DNA from: a bacterium
GTDB lineage: Bacteria; Bacteroidota; Bacteroidia; CAILMK01; JACPUW01
Reading direction: 5' to 3'
DNA length: 64,000 bases
Assembly: GCA_016124515.1 (NCBI GenBank)
Contig: WGNN01000081.1
Span: forward strand, 153 to 64,152
The notes under the pieces were generated by a model. It searched no databases. It saw nothing but the letters and a program-made list of their open reading frames with translations, and was not told where the DNA came from. Both the position numbers and the translations under genes were made by a program. Shown here in pieces: positions 44,863-54,410 of this stretch (position 1 is its first letter; each line of letters starts with the position of its first letter).

Positions 44863-46125
44863 ATGACCAAACTTAGTTCAATTTGGAAAACACTGGGTCC
44901 GGGTTTTTTGTACGCCGGCGCCGCTGTGGGAGTTTCGCATTTGGTGCAATCAACCAAAGCAGGAGCCGCCTATGGCTACACTTTGCTGTTTGTGGTGCTG
45001 TTGTCAAATGTGTTTAAATACCCGTTTTTTGAGGCCGGACCACGCTATGCCGCCGCCACCGGCGAAAACCTGATTCAAGGTTACCAACGCATAGGCAAGT
45101 GGGCTGTGTGGCTTTTTACCCTGCTCACCGCCTCTACCGCCTTTATCATACAATCTGCCGTTACTATTGTCACCGCGGCACTTTTTGCCAATTTGTTGAG
45201 CATTAAACTTTCGGGTTTTGCGGCAAGTTTCATCCTTTTATTGCTGTGCAGTTTGGTGCTGTTGGTTGGCAAATACAATTGGCTCGACTCTCTGGTAAAA
45301 TGGGTGGTTATTTTGCTGAGTGTGGCAAGTATTATCGCGTTTTTCAGGGCACAGAGCATTCATACTGAGGTAAACCTATGGCCCGATTGGCTGCTGGATA
45401 AGGGTTCATTTCTCTTTCTATTTGCATTAATGGGCTGGATGCCCGCCCCACTTGATATTGCCACATGGCACTCTATATGGACCGTAGAGAAGAAAAAAAG
45501 CAACCAAGGAAACCTGAACTTGCGCGATGCACTGCGCGATTTTCATATTGGATATTGGGGCACGGCGGTTCTTGCGCTCATTTTTGTATCGCTGGGTGCA
45601 CTTGTATTGTTTGCAAGCAACCAAAGCCTTAGCGGCCTTAGTGGTGCACAGTTTTCTCAAAAATTTGTGAGCATATATACCGATACGCTGGGTGCCTGGA
45701 CCTACCCTATTATTGCCTTTGCTGCATTTGCCACCATGTTTTCTACCACGATTACAGTACTCGACGGTGCGCCCCGGGTAGCCGATGCATTGGTGCCGGT
45801 ATTGCGCAGCCGACCCAACAACCAAAGTGCGGTGGTATATAAAGTTAGCGTGCTGTTGATAGCGCTTGGTGCCTTATTGATTATTGGCTTGGTAACCAAT
45901 GGAAATGTATTCAGCACCTTGGTAAATGTGGCCACAATAGCTTCATTCTTAACCGCGCCACTGTTGGCCTTTCTCAATTACAAACTGGTATTTAGCCGCC
46001 ACATGCCTGCCGAAGCCAAACCCGGAATTTTCAACAAAGTGGTGGCCATGACCGGATTGGTTTTACTCAGCCTATTTGCCCTGCTTTATCTGGCATACCT
46101 TTTGGGAATCATTCATTTTAACTAA
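44863..46125 (+). CDS. NRAMP-family divalent metal cation transporter
   Basis: The ORF opens at GTG 44854, with ATG at 44863. MTKLSSIWKTLGPGFLYAGAAVGVSHLVQSTKAGAAYGY is the N-terminal NRAMP-like signature. The protein is polytopic. Confidence 0.75.
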   Translation: MTKLSSIWKTLGPGFLYAGAAVGVSHLVQSTKAGAAYGYTLLFVVLLSNVFKYPFFEAGPRYAAATGENLIQGYQRIGKWAVWLFTLLTASTAFIIQSAVTIVTAALFANLLSIKLSGFAASFILLLLCSLVLLVGKYNWLDSLVKWVVILLSVASIIAFFRAQSIHTEVNLWPDWLLDKGSFLFLFALMGWMPAPLDIATWHSIWTVEKKKSNQGNLNLRDALRDFHIGYWGTAVLALIFVSLGALVLFASNQSLSGLSGAQFSQKFVSIYTDTLGAWTYPIIAFAAFATMFSTTITVLDGAPRVADALVPVLRSRPNNQSAVVYKVSVLLIALGALLIIGLVTNGNVFSTLVNVATIASFLTAPLLAFLNYKLVFSRHMPAEAKPGIFNKVVAMTGLVLLSLFALLYLAYLLGIIHFN

Positions 46126-46484
46126 TTCATCCACAAGTCTTTACAACATCCCTTTGTGGTTATTTCTGTGCCCCGGCCAGCTTGTGACAAAAGTGGGCGC
46201 GAGACAACGTTTACATTATTTAGTTAATTTTTAAAACCTCCAATTGGCGGGTCAGTCTATCTTCGCACGGCTAAATGCACTCTATATCAACAAACAAAGC
46301 ATATACATTGAATAGACCGAATATTCTCTTAGCTCCGGCACTGTTGCGGAGCACGATTTACCTTCCATTTGTTGAACAACTCCATCAATTTCAAATACTT
46401 CACTTTTTATTTCATTCATCGCACGTCTATCGGCCATAGGGTTCTCAACCTGCAAAAGCCGCTGCTGACACTTCAATTTTACCC

Positions 46485-47249
46485 ATGATTATTTTCTTAT
46501 TCGTTGTAGCCCACTGGTACCTTTCTCTGTTTTCACAAACGTTTTTTCACCACCGCTATGCTGCCCACCGCATGTTTACCATGTCAAGGTTTTGGGAAAA
46601 ATTCTTTTTCATTTTCTCCATGGTCACACAAGGTTCATCGTACCTAAGCCCCTATGCCTACGGCGTTTTGCACCGCATGCACCACGCCTTTGCCGATACC
46701 GAAAAAGATGTGCATTCGCCCAAATACGATGGCAGCCTGTGGCGCATGATGTGGCGCACAAAAACCATATACACCAGCATTTTCAAAAACGAAGTGCCGG
46801 TTGAAGACCGATTTAAAAAAGGCGTTCCTGAATGGCAGGCTTTTGACCGCTTTGCCGACACTTGGGGTGTAAGGTTTTTCTGGGCCGGAACCTATATTGT
46901 GTTTTACCTGGCTTTTGCCACACATTGGTGGATGTTTTTGCTGTTGCCTTTGCACTTTGTAATGGGTCCGGTACATGGCGCCGTTATCAACTGGTTTGCC
47001 CACAAATACGGTTATGTAAACTTTAAGGTAAGCGACACCTCAAAAAACCTGCTTCCTGTAGATTTTCTCATGCTGGGCGAAAGCTACCACAACAACCACC
47101 ACAAATTTGGCAGCCGACCCAACTTTGGCTACCGTTGGTTTGAAATTGACCCCGTATATCTTGTCATCATAGCTTTTCAGAAACTGGGCATCATTCAAAT
47201 GAAAACCAAAGCGCGGTTTATAAGAAGAAAGGAACGCATGGCAGCCTAA
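46485..47249 (+). CDS. Membrane fatty-acid (acyl-CoA/acyl-lipid) desaturase
   Basis: 254 aa. It has three His boxes: HHRYAAH, HRMHHAFAD and HNNHHKF. Confidence 0.85.
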   Translation: MIIFLFVVAHWYLSLFSQTFFHHRYAAHRMFTMSRFWEKFFFIFSMVTQGSSYLSPYAYGVLHRMHHAFADTEKDVHSPKYDGSLWRMMWRTKTIYTSIFKNEVPVEDRFKKGVPEWQAFDRFADTWGVRFFWAGTYIVFYLAFATHWWMFLLLPLHFVMGPVHGAVINWFAHKYGYVNFKVSDTSKNLLPVDFLMLGESYHNNHHKFGSRPNFGYRWFEIDPVYLVIIAFQKLGIIQMKTKARFIRRKERMAA

Positions 47250-47480
47250 GACTTGCCGGTGTGGAAGAGGAAATAACCGAAAGCAATACAAGGCATTAAG
47301 GCATTATTTCTGAATTTGCGATTTCAATACCTCGTTACCCAGGCATTTTCTTACAGGATAATAATTTGCTTCTAATCTATAGAATGAGCCAAATGGATTA
47401 AAGCGAGGCTAAAACCTGTTTTTTGTGAATTGAGGTGGAGCTATGCACCATAATTAGCAAAAAATAGCAACCTTAGCCTC

Positions 47481-48182
47481 ATGATGCCTGAAAATTGTTC
47501 TGTTTGTAATACCGCTCTGCAGGGAGAATTTTGCCATAAATGTGGACAAAAGCACACCGGACAGCAGGTAACTTTCCCTGTACTCCTCAGCGATTTTACC
47601 GCCAATATCGTATCGCTTGAGCGTTCTTTTGTTGCCACGCTTTGGCTACTGCTTAAGAATCCGGCTCAAGTGGTGCAGAACTACTGGCTGGGCAACAGGC
47701 TGTATTATAGTAGCCCTGCCAAAATGCTGTTTTATGCACTTACCGTGGCGGCATTGCATATTGCCTTGGTTGATAACAAAATATTGGGACTCACTTTTGC
47801 TGCCGACAACTTAGCACCGCAAGTAGCCTTTTACTCCGTACTCATTCCCATTATGGCTTTTGCCTCATCGGTAGCCTTCTACAAGCAACGGCGCAACTTT
47901 GCCATGCACATTATTTCGGTGGTGTATAATGTAAGCAGTCTTATTATAGTTTTCCTGTTGCTCAACGACCTGATTGGCCTGGCCTTTACCGCAAACATTG
48001 GCGCAAGAGCCTTTTTGGTTTATCTTATTTTCTTCTGTATTTGGAATACACGTTGCCAAATAAAAACCACCAAAATATGGACCATACTTGGCTACAGTTT
48101 GTTGCAAATAGCCGTAGTGGCAGGTATATTTGGCGTTGGCGTTGCATTCACCCTTTTGCTTCGGTGGGTTCAAAATCAATAA
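47481..48182 (+). CDS. DUF3667-type membrane protein with N-terminal zinc-ribbon
   Basis: 233 aa. CSVCNTALQGEFCHKCGQKH (CxxC...CxxC) is followed by several TM helices. Confidence 0.65.
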   Translation: MMPENCSVCNTALQGEFCHKCGQKHTGQQVTFPVLLSDFTANIVSLERSFVATLWLLLKNPAQVVQNYWLGNRLYYSSPAKMLFYALTVAALHIALVDNKILGLTFAADNLAPQVAFYSVLIPIMAFASSVAFYKQRRNFAMHIISVVYNVSSLIIVFLLLNDLIGLAFTANIGARAFLVYLIFFCIWNTRCQIKTTKIWTILGYSLLQIAVVAGIFGVGVAFTLLLRWVQNQ

Positions 48183-48281
48183 ATAACTAACACCGAAGTC
48201 GCGGTTTCCACGAATTCAGAATTTCTACAAAATCAAGCCACAACTTTGGGGGCGTTTAAGATTTTGTAAAACCAAAACACC

Positions 48282-49034
48282 ATGGAAAAATATAACAAAG
48301 TAGCCGCCATTACCATCATATTCTGGCTCATGAAAATAATAGCCACCACCTTGGGCGAAACACTGGGCGATTTTCTTTCAATGACCCTCAATTTGGGCTA
48401 TACGGTGGGCATCGGCATCACGCTGTTGTTTTTTGGCATTGTGCTCAGCATACAGCTTTATGCCAAAAAATACGTGCCGGTTTATTTTTGGCTTGTTATT
48501 ATTGCCACCACCACACTGGGCACCGAAATTTCTGATTTTATTGACCGAACCCTGCACCTTGGCTACACCTTTGGCAGCATTTTGTTGTTTGCAGGCCTTA
48601 TTGCAGCATTGGCCACCTGGTACCAAAAATTCAAATCGCTGGCGGTTTATCCCATCATCAACCGCAACAAGGAAGTACATTATTGGATAGCCATTCTTTT
48701 CTCAAACAGCCTGGGCACGGCTTTTGGCGACTTTTTAAGCGACGACCTGGGTCTGAGTTACCAATTGGGCGCCATGATAACCGCCGGAATTATTGTGGTG
48801 GTTGTATTGCTGCACTACCTGACAAGTGTGAATGAAATTGTGCTCTTTTGGATTGCATTCATTTTTACCCGCCCCTTTGGTGCCACTTTTGGCGACTTGC
48901 TCACCAAACCCGTGGCAAAAGGCGGATTGGAACTCGGCACACTGAGTGCTTCATTGGTTTCGGTAGCTCTTATGGCAGTTCTAGTCTTCATTTCGCACCG
49001 GCAGTTGCGTACGGCACACAGCAAAATTGAGTAG
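48282..49034 (+). CDS. Polytopic membrane protein with four internal repeats (COG4705-like)
   Basis: 250 aa. The four repeats are TTLGETLGDFLSMTLNLGY / TTLGTEISDFIDRTLHLGY / NSLGTAFGDFLSDDLGLSY / RPFGATFGDLLTKPVAKGGLELG, each between TM helices. Confidence 0.6.
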   Translation: MEKYNKVAAITIIFWLMKIIATTLGETLGDFLSMTLNLGYTVGIGITLLFFGIVLSIQLYAKKYVPVYFWLVIIATTTLGTEISDFIDRTLHLGYTFGSILLFAGLIAALATWYQKFKSLAVYPIINRNKEVHYWIAILFSNSLGTAFGDFLSDDLGLSYQLGAMITAGIIVVVVLLHYLTSVNEIVLFWIAFIFTRPFGATFGDLLTKPVAKGGLELGTLSASLVSVALMAVLVFISHRQLRTAHSKIE

Positions 49035-49132
49035 CGGCACTACGTTTACAAGTCATTAACTTCTTGCCACGTTTGCTTCAAAATTTATTCAAAATTGGCG
49101 GCTAGGTTTGCCCGCAAATCGAACAAATTACC

Positions 49133-50476
49133 GTGAAATCACAGATAGTTTTCCTACTTACCACCTTCATTGTCAGCGCATTTACCACACAGCTATACGC
49201 TCAAATAGGCAATGAATCCCTCCCCTTCAAAATCTCGCAACTGAAACAACTTGACTCCGCCGAGCTGGCCGACAAGAGAGAAGGTACCTACGTAACCGGA
49301 GTGCCCGACATTAGCATAGATCCTATCAACGGGTTTGGCTACGGTGCCGAAGGTTCTATTATTTTTAATGGAAATAAAGAAAACCCATTTTTCAACTACA
49401 CGCCCTACCTAACTAAGCTCGATGTGGCGCTTTTCAACACATCAAACCAACAACGCGAGTTGATTATAACGCTTGATAAACCCTACATTTTTAAATCGAA
49501 ATGGAGGTTGCGGGGCGAACTTGCCTATGAGATAAATCCCAACTTGCTCTATTTTGGTCTCACCGACAATACACTCAACAGCCTGGCCACACTTTCGGCG
49601 CAGGATAAAATGCCCCGTCCTCCTTTTGGCGGTCAGTTTTACAAGCAATACACCGAGTCGCTGGGGCAAAACCAAACCTATTTTAACAACTACACCAAAG
49701 AAGAATACATACTGAACGTAAGCGGCGAATATGCCATGATGGACAGTAAAATGCGCCTTATTGTCGGTGGCGAATTGGCCGGACTGAACATAAGCACCCG
49801 CGTAGATTCGGTTTCAAGATTGCAACGCGACAGAGCTGAAAACCACATTTTAGGTGTGGGAAAATCGACCATCACTTTTTTTCAATTGGGTTTGGTATAT
49901 GATACGCGCGACTTTGAACCCGACCCGAACCGCGGGATATTTGCCGAAATAACCAACGAATTCTCAAGCAAAGCGCTGGGCTCAAGTTTCAATATGGACA
50001 AGCTTTTTGCACAAGCCAAAGGCTATAAAAAGCTTTTGCCCGGCACCTTTAAAAAATTGGTATTTGCTGCCCGCGCAGGCATAGGCTACACATTTGGCGG
50101 GGCGCCGTTTTTTGAGTACCAAGATGAGTGGAGTTCTGAAGGAAGTATTGAAGGTCTTGGTGGCAACAACACCTTGCGTGGGTTTAAGCAGAGCCGTTTT
50201 TTGTCGCGCGGAATGTATTTTATGAATGCCGAATTGCGCGCCCGTTTTGCCAAGGCAGAAGTATTGAAACAACATCTTGTGTTTAGTGCCGTACCGTTTT
50301 TTGACGCAGGCAGTGTGTACAACTCATTGTCTGATATTTTTAATACATCAACCCTGAAAACATCAGAAGGTTTGGGCTTGCGCATAGCCTGGAACCTGAG
50401 CACCATACTCCGTTTTGACTACGCCGTTTCGTCAGAAGACCGACAATTCTTCTTTACGTTTGGGCAGGCTTTTTAG
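49133..50476 (+). CDS. Omp85/BamA-family outer-membrane beta-barrel (bacterial surface antigen domain), no POTRA recognised
   Basis: 447 aa from GTG. The signal is MKSQIVFLLTTFIVSAFTTQLYAQ. DTRDFEPDPNRGIFAEI and GGNNTLRGF motifs are present, with a C-terminal aromatic residue (...FGQAF). Confidence 0.7.
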   Translation: MKSQIVFLLTTFIVSAFTTQLYAQIGNESLPFKISQLKQLDSAELADKREGTYVTGVPDISIDPINGFGYGAEGSIIFNGNKENPFFNYTPYLTKLDVALFNTSNQQRELIITLDKPYIFKSKWRLRGELAYEINPNLLYFGLTDNTLNSLATLSAQDKMPRPPFGGQFYKQYTESLGQNQTYFNNYTKEEYILNVSGEYAMMDSKMRLIVGGELAGLNISTRVDSVSRLQRDRAENHILGVGKSTITFFQLGLVYDTRDFEPDPNRGIFAEITNEFSSKALGSSFNMDKLFAQAKGYKKLLPGTFKKLVFAARAGIGYTFGGAPFFEYQDEWSSEGSIEGLGGNNTLRGFKQSRFLSRGMYFMNAELRARFAKAEVLKQHLVFSAVPFFDAGSVYNSLSDIFNTSTLKTSEGLGLRIAWNLSTILRFDYAVSSEDRQFFFTFGQAF

Positions 50477-50559
50477 CAATTTGTGCATAAAAAAACGCAG
50501 CGGTTTTCCTAAAGTCAAGCGGTTCATTTCGTTAATTTGGAGCCCAATAAAGCTTTGCC

Positions 50560-51012
50560 ATGAACAACATTTTTGACATTGAATGCACCGCCAAACTTAT
50601 CGAACGCGTAAACAGCCTTAACCCCGAAAGCAAAGCCCTTTGGGGAAGCATGAATGTGGCTCAAATGCTGGCACATGTAAATGTGTCGTACGACATGGTT
50701 TTTACCGACAAATACCCGAAAGCCAAGGGCTTAAAGAAAATGTTGCTCAAAGCTTTTGTGAAACCCGCGGTAGTGGGCAGCAAACCTTACAAACGCAACT
50801 CGCCCACCTCGCCTGATTTTAAAATTGTAGATGAACGGGTTTTTGAAAAAGAAAAGGAAAAATTAATCGCCTACCTGAAAAAAACGCAGCATGAGGGCAA
50901 GCGCTTTTTTGATGGCAAAGAATCGGTTTCATTTGGCAAATTGAGCGCCGACGAGTGGAACAACTTGTTTTACAAACACATAGACCACCACCTGAGCCAA
51001 TTTGGTGTTTAA
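50560..51012 (+). CDS. DUF1569 (DinB-like fold) protein
   Basis: 150 aa. The N-terminus ...LWGSMNVAQMLAH and the C-terminal HIDHHLSQFG match the DUF1569 pattern. Confidence 0.65.
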   Translation: MNNIFDIECTAKLIERVNSLNPESKALWGSMNVAQMLAHVNVSYDMVFTDKYPKAKGLKKMLLKAFVKPAVVGSKPYKRNSPTSPDFKIVDERVFEKEKEKLIAYLKKTQHEGKRFFDGKESVSFGKLSADEWNNLFYKHIDHHLSQFGV

Positions 51013-51024
51013 TACGGAAGCTTA

Positions 51025-51414
51025 ATGAGCGATTTACTTGACGATGAACTGATTGAGCCGAAAGAACGGGAATACCAATTTAAAACCGGTATGGCCATTT
51101 TTTGGAGCATGCCTTGGTTGCTTGGCATTTTGTTTAACACCCTGCATTGGCCCGGCTACAGTTTGCTCATAGCCTTAGGTGCCGCCGGTATAATGGCCTA
51201 CAGCATCAGCGGTTTGATAACTTTTAAAGGGAAAAACTTTACCAACAATGTGGTCACAGCTATTGCGCTCGTTTACCTTTTCAGGCAGTTGTATATTATT
51301 GGCATAGTGCACCAACACGCAATCACCAACTTTGTGCTGCTGTATTTGGGTATTTTGGTTTTGCTACTTGCCGTTATTGAACTATTGAAAAAACGCTATT
51401 ACGGAATTTGGTAA
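51025..51414 (+). CDS. Hypothetical membrane protein (4 TM)
   Basis: 129 aa with hydrophobic helices and an HWPG motif. No family was assigned. Confidence 0.5.
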   Translation: MSDLLDDELIEPKEREYQFKTGMAIFWSMPWLLGILFNTLHWPGYSLLIALGAAGIMAYSISGLITFKGKNFTNNVVTAIALVYLFRQLYIIGIVHQHAITNFVLLYLGILVLLLAVIELLKKRYYGIW

Positions 51415-51468
51415 ATCAGTCGTTTTTATAATCTGCGTCCACTTATCGGCGATAACCAACCAAAGTCG

Positions 51469-52206
51469 TCAATTCTTTTTGACCTGATGGCTCACCACAA
51501 AACCTTCGAAACCCTTTGATTTGAGCGAAAGCAAGAACAAGTCAGCTTCTTCGCGCCTTTCAAAATTTCCCACTACAATTCTGAATACGCGCTTTTCATT
51601 CACCACATCGGTATTTACATACACATCGGGAAAACCCGCCGCTTGCAGTGATTCTATCTTTTTGATAAGTGCGAGGTAATCGGCAAAAGCGCCCACCTGC
51701 ACGCCGTAGCCCAACAAGCTGTTTATGGTTTCCACCTGAATTTTAAATGTCCCATCGCCACGAACTTCGGTGGTTTCTTCCTTGTGGTCTTCCACCGTTT
51801 CGCTGTTGTTTTCGTGTTCCTCGGCATCGGTTGTCACCGTTTCTCCGGCGCCGGTTTCTTCATCGTTTACCACTTCAATTTTTACATCAACCACCCCTGC
51901 GGTTATCATTTGCAAGTCAATAGCCGCTTGCTTTGAAACGTCTATAATACGTTGTTTATCAAAGGGTCCACGGTCGTTTATTTTCACAACCACCCATTTT
52001 CCATTCCACAGGTTGGTTACTTTTACCTTGGTGCCAAAGGGCAATGTGATGTGCGCGGCAGTATAGGCAAATTTGTCGTACTTCTCGCCTGAGGCGGTTT
52101 CGTTTCCGTGCAATTTATCGCTGTAGTAGCTCGCCTTACCGGTTTGGCTTTGGGCAAAAAGCAGCATTGGCACAGCGCTGAGAAGTATGAATAAGATTTT
52201 ATGCAA
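51469..52206 (-). CDS. rlpA: RlpA-family lytic transglycosylase-like lipoprotein (DPBB domain) with C-terminal SPOR domain
   Basis: 245 aa. GKASYYSDKLHGNETASGEKYDKFAYTAAHITLPFGTKVKVTNLWNGKWVVVKINDRGPF is the RlpA DPBB signature. An acidic linker and a SPOR-like C-terminus follow. Confidence 0.85.
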   Translation of the reverse strand: MHKILFILLSAVPMLLFAQSQTGKASYYSDKLHGNETASGEKYDKFAYTAAHITLPFGTKVKVTNLWNGKWVVVKINDRGPFDKQRIIDVSKQAAIDLQMITAGVVDVKIEVVNDEETGAGETVTTDAEEHENNSETVEDHKEETTEVRGDGTFKIQVETINSLLGYGVQVGAFADYLALIKKIESLQAAGFPDVYVNTDVVNEKRVFRIVVGNFERREEADLFLLSLKSKGFEGFVVSHQVKKN

Positions 52207-52232
52207 AAGATATCTTTTTGTTGGTTGCCAAA

Positions 52233-52568
52233 CTATTGGTCGCCCAAATGTTTCACCAGAATATTGTCAACGTTGTCGTCAATTTTTATCTGACAGGCCA
52301 ATCTTGAGGTGTCGGTAAGGTTGTAGAGCGTATCAAGCATGGCCCATTCATCATCGGTTGCGGGCGGCCCCACTTGGTCGTAGCCTTCCTTAACCGTGAC
52401 ATGACAAGTGGCGCACAAGGCCATACCGCCGCATGTGGCCAATACCGGATAACCGCTTCCTTTGAGTACTTCCATCAGGTTGAGCGCCATATCGGTGGGT
52501 GCTTCAAGAGTGGCTATGTTGCCGTCTTCTTCCTCTACACGTATTTTTACTATATCCATGAATTTCAA
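52233..52568 (-). CDS. 2Fe-2S ferredoxin, adrenodoxin/putidaredoxin type
   Basis: 111 aa. The Cys ligand pattern is TCGGMALCATCHV...LACQI (C-x5-C-x2-C...C). Confidence 0.85.
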   Translation of the reverse strand: MKFMDIVKIRVEEEDGNIATLEAPTDMALNLMEVLKGSGYPVLATCGGMALCATCHVTVKEGYDQVGPPATDDEWAMLDTLYNLTDTSRLACQIKIDDNVDNILVKHLGDQ

Positions 52569-52840
52569 ATATTTACACCCACCGCAATAGTTTCGATGGG
52601 TGTATTGCTACAATTGCCATACAAGATTAACACAAGTGCCCAATACCAACAGATATGCTTGTGTGAATAAAGTGAAAATAGGGATTGGATTCTACAAGAC
52701 TGTTGTAGAAGTTTGTTTTGTCAAACAATGGACAGCAATCGATTTTGATTTGATTCTGAGTTGATGTGTAAATAACAGTTTTGTAAGGCAACTCTGACTA
52801 ACCCAAAACAAAACCGACTAGATGCAGACTCGGTGGCTTT

Positions 52841-53017
52841 TTAGATTTGTTCCTTTTCTGATTCTTTAGGAATTCTGCTTTTTGTCTTAACCTTTTTGAT
52901 TTCACCAGTCTTCTTATAGTGCTCAATTATTTCACTGATTTCCTTTTTTTCGTTATCCGTTAATGGTCTTGATTCTACAGTGAAGTCAACTCCTTGAGGC
53001 TCTCTAACTAATCCCAT
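52841..53017 (-). CDS. Small hypothetical protein (58 aa, below the ORF-track cut-off) in an AT-rich insert
   Basis: Read by hand. ATG is at 53017 and TAA at 52841-52843, giving MGLVREPQGVDFTVESRPLTDNEKKEISEIIEHYKKTGEIKKVKTKSRIPKESEKEQI. A weak hairpin (ACCGA/TCGGT) plus a U-rich tract follows immediately. It starts 3 nt after the stop of an upstream start-less open frame. Confidence 0.35.
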   Translation of the reverse strand: MGLVREPQGVDFTVESRPLTDNEKKEISEIIEHYKKTGEIKKVKTKSRIPKESEKEQI

Positions 53018-53274
53018 ATATTATACTTTAAAATATTTTTTGATCAACTGCAACGATTCTTTAGGAAAAATAACCATGCGATGTCCACCAACATGCACAG
53101 TGCCAATGGTTTTTTCGTAGTGCTTTATTAATTGTGAAAGTTTTGATACTTCTGATAAGGAGCTACTCCTCCGAATTTTGAGTCAATAAAACCGTGCAGA
53201 TCCTATTTTAAGTGTTATGGCCTTTCACTTTAAATATCTTGAAAACAAATTATGTCCAATGCCTGGGATTATAG

Positions 53275-54288
53275 CTAAAACCCGTTTACCCCATTTACCG
53301 TGGTGTATTTCAGGTTGAATTTCTTATCGGGATTCAATCTTTTCCAGGCACTTTGGGCCATAAGCGCCGCCTCGTGGTAGCCACACAAAATCAGTTTCAA
53401 TTTGCCGGGATAGGTATTTATATCGCCAATGGCATATACACCGCCTACATTGGTTTGGTAGTCGAGGGCGTTGTTTACTTTTATGGCATTGTCTTCAATT
53501 TCGAGCCCCCAATCGGCCAGTGGGCCCAACTCAGGTTTTAGCCCAAACAAGGGGATGAAATAATCGGCTTCTACGTGGTTTGGCCAGCCTTCTTTATTGG
53601 TTATCACCACATGGTCCAATTTTCCGTTGCCTTTTACTTCGGTCACATTTGAGTCTAGCTGCAAACTTATTTTGCCAGTTTCGGCTAGTTTAAAAACCTT
53701 TTCTACCGAGTCGGGTGCGCCTCTGAATCGGGTAGTGCGGTGCACCAAAGTAAGCTCTGATGCCAGGTTTGAAAGAAAAACGGTCCAATCGAGTGCAGAG
53801 TCGCCACCACCTGCCAGCACCAGTTTTTTGCCACGGTACTTTTCGGGGTCTTTTACAAAATAGTCAACCCCTTGGTTTTCAAAATTGTCGAGGTTGTCAA
53901 TAGGTGGTTTTCTCGGTTCAAAAACACCAAGTCCGCCGGCTATCACCAGCACTTTTGAATGTATTTCATCGCCACCTGAAGTATAGGTTACAAAGTCCGT
54001 TTCGCCGAGTTTTTCCATTTTTACCGCCTTTTGACCCAGCGACCATGTGGGTTTAAATGGTTCAATTTGTTTGAGTTGGGCTTTTACCAAATCGCCGGCA
54101 AGCACTTCGGGATAGCCCGGAATATCATAAATAGGCTTTTTAGGATATATTTCGGTGAGTTGACCACCGGCTTCGGGTAATACATCCACCAAATGACATT
54201 TCATGCCGAGCAATCCGGCTTCAAAAACAGCAAACAGGCCTACAGGACCCGCGCCTATGATACATATATCTGTTGTAATCATTTCCAT
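53275..54288 (-). CDS. Ferredoxin-NADP(+) reductase, thioredoxin-reductase-like type (YumC/FNR type 2)
   Basis: The ORF extends to 54366. ATG 54288 gives MEMITTDICIIGAGPVGLFAVFEAGLLGMKCHLVDVLPEAGGQLTEIYP (FAD GxGxxG). A second nucleotide fold GKKLVLAGGGDSALDW is present. Confidence 0.85.
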   Translation of the reverse strand: MEMITTDICIIGAGPVGLFAVFEAGLLGMKCHLVDVLPEAGGQLTEIYPKKPIYDIPGYPEVLAGDLVKAQLKQIEPFKPTWSLGQKAVKMEKLGETDFVTYTSGGDEIHSKVLVIAGGLGVFEPRKPPIDNLDNFENQGVDYFVKDPEKYRGKKLVLAGGGDSALDWTVFLSNLASELTLVHRTTRFRGAPDSVEKVFKLAETGKISLQLDSNVTEVKGNGKLDHVVITNKEGWPNHVEADYFIPLFGLKPELGPLADWGLEIEDNAIKVNNALDYQTNVGGVYAIGDINTYPGKLKLILCGYHEAALMAQSAWKRLNPDKKFNLKYTTVNGVNGF

Positions 54289-54410
54289 TTTATTGGCTGC
54301 AAATGTAATTGCCTTGAGTTTTTTGGTTACATGACCTTCATCACGTTTAAATGCGACCAAAGGCACAGAATTAATCCGGCTATTTTTGGTAGAAGCACAA
54401 TGCCATCAGG

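Noticed and set aside
44849-44866. Five-codon upstream mini-ORF (ATG AAG TGT GCC GCA TGA) whose stop overlaps the NRAMP ATG, within a direct repeat GCCGCATGA...GCCGCATGA. It could be a leader peptide or regulatory uORF.
   Set aside because: It is too short to distinguish from chance. The alternative GTG start at 44854 complicates the interpretation, and there is no recognisable riboswitch or attenuator structure in the ~100-nt leader.
46282-46476. 64-aa minus-strand ORF (TTG start) in the gap upstream of the desaturase gene.
   Set aside because: It uses a non-ATG start, has no motif or signal, and lies in what is probably the desaturase promoter region. Coding is not supported.
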